Of a stretch of DNA of 64,000 nucleotides, positions 63,235-64,000 are shown one piece after another. The translations under genes and the position numbers were made by a program. Location: contig CAWIIQ010000001.1 in assembly GCA_963836185.1 (NCBI GenBank), positions 1,600,001-1,664,000 of the forward strand, in the 5' to 3' direction. Numbering within the stretch: position 1 is the first letter of the stretch; every line of letters begins with the position of its first letter. Below the pieces are notes generated by a model, which made no database searches, was not told where the DNA came from, and saw nothing but the letters and a program-made list of their open reading frames with translations. The DNA comes from Candidatus Krumholzibacteriia bacterium (lineage in GTDB: Bacteria; Krumholzibacteriota; Krumholzibacteriia; Krumholzibacteriales; Krumholzibacteriaceae).

Positions 63235-64000
63235 ATGGATTTCCTGCGTGATATGATCGTGACAGTAGACGGCCCTGCCGGTTCCGGCAAGAGTACTACT
63301 GCGCAGGCCCTGTCCAGAAGGCTCGATCTGGCCTATCTCGATACGGGTGCGATGTACCGGGCCGTGACATGGAAGGTGCTGCAGTCCGGCATCGACCCTG
63401 AAGACGGGGCAGCGGTCACCGGTATCGCCGAGAATATTTCTCTCGAAATCGAAATCAGGGAAGACGGTCCCGTTCTCATAGTCGACGGTATCCCCGCCGG
63501 CAGCGAGATCCGGGGGCCAGAGGTATCCGAAGCGGTCTCTCCCGTCAGCGCCCATCCGGGAGTCCGGCGGGAGATGGTCCGCTTCCAGAGGAAGATCGGG
63601 AACAGAGGAGGCATAGTAGCCGAGGGACGCGATACCGGCAGCACTGTCTTTCCTTTCGCTCACGTCAAGATCTATCTCATTGCGGACATGGAAGCCAGGA
63701 TCGAACGCCGTGTCAGTCAGCTCCGCCAGATGGGTATCACCCAGACCGGTGATGAGATCCGCGGCAACCTCGTCAGAAGGGATGAGATCGACTCGGGTCG
63801 CGAACACAGCCCCCTTGTCCGGCCGGTCGGAGCCTTCACCGTCGATACCTCAGGCATTACGATCGAGGAGCAGGTGTCGATCATTGAAGAGATCGTCCGG
63901 AAAGAGGCTGCTCGGCTTGGGGACCTGTACGTGCCGAAGGGCAAGAGGAATCCCGTCAGCAGCGGTCACAGCTTCCTTTTTACCCTCGGCAGGAATATGA
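63235..64000 (+). CDS. cmk: Cytidylate kinase, frame open past window end (not in ORF track)
   Basis: DGPAGSGKST, YLDTGAMYRA, AEGRDTG.TVFP, RD..D..R..SPL. Confidence 0.93.
   Translation, partial: MDFLRDMIVTVDGPAGSGKSTTAQALSRRLDLAYLDTGAMYRAVTWKVLQSGIDPEDGAAVTGIAENISLEIEIREDGPVLIVDGIPAGSEIRGPEVSEAVSPVSAHPGVRREMVRFQRKIGNRGGIVAEGRDTGSTVFPFAHVKIYLIADMEARIERRVSQLRQMGITQTGDEIRGNLVRRDEIDSGREHSPLVRPVGAFTVDTSGITIEEQVSIIEEIVRKEAARLGDLYVPKGKRNPVSSGHSFLFTLGRNM

Overview
A 64-kb, roughly 55-60% GC (by eye) chromosomal segment. It most likely comes from an FCB-superphylum bacterium of the Krumholzibacteria/Latescibacteria/Eisenbacteria type; this is inferred from a PorV-like barrel, a FlgD/T9SS-like sorting domain, a Bacteroidota-type SecA insertion and a bS22/COX24-like peptide. 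From 9.2 kb onward the window is mostly core genes: sigma54 two-component cluster, glgD/glgC, purN-purC-purH-guaA, secA-smg-topA-trmFO-xerC-hslVU-argF, dapF, proS, rpsT, uvrC-xerD-scpAB-rluB-hisC-cmk. About ten single-base frameshifts fall in otherwise intact genes, probably long-read assembly errors. The standout is at 3986-8946: a tandem array of compact, integrase-less cargo cassettes anchored at the 3' half of tRNA-Leu(CAA). Each unit is bounded by a 55-bp tRNA fragment that stops exactly at the anticodon loop. Each begins with a conserved ~180-bp module containing an IHF-type site, 20-bp-spaced repeats, a tandem AGGCACAATT arm-type repeat and a perfectly spaced TTGACA-17-TAGWAT promoter that points into unrelated cargo genes. 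A second oddity is an 8-cysteine insertion in the variable subdomain of SecA.
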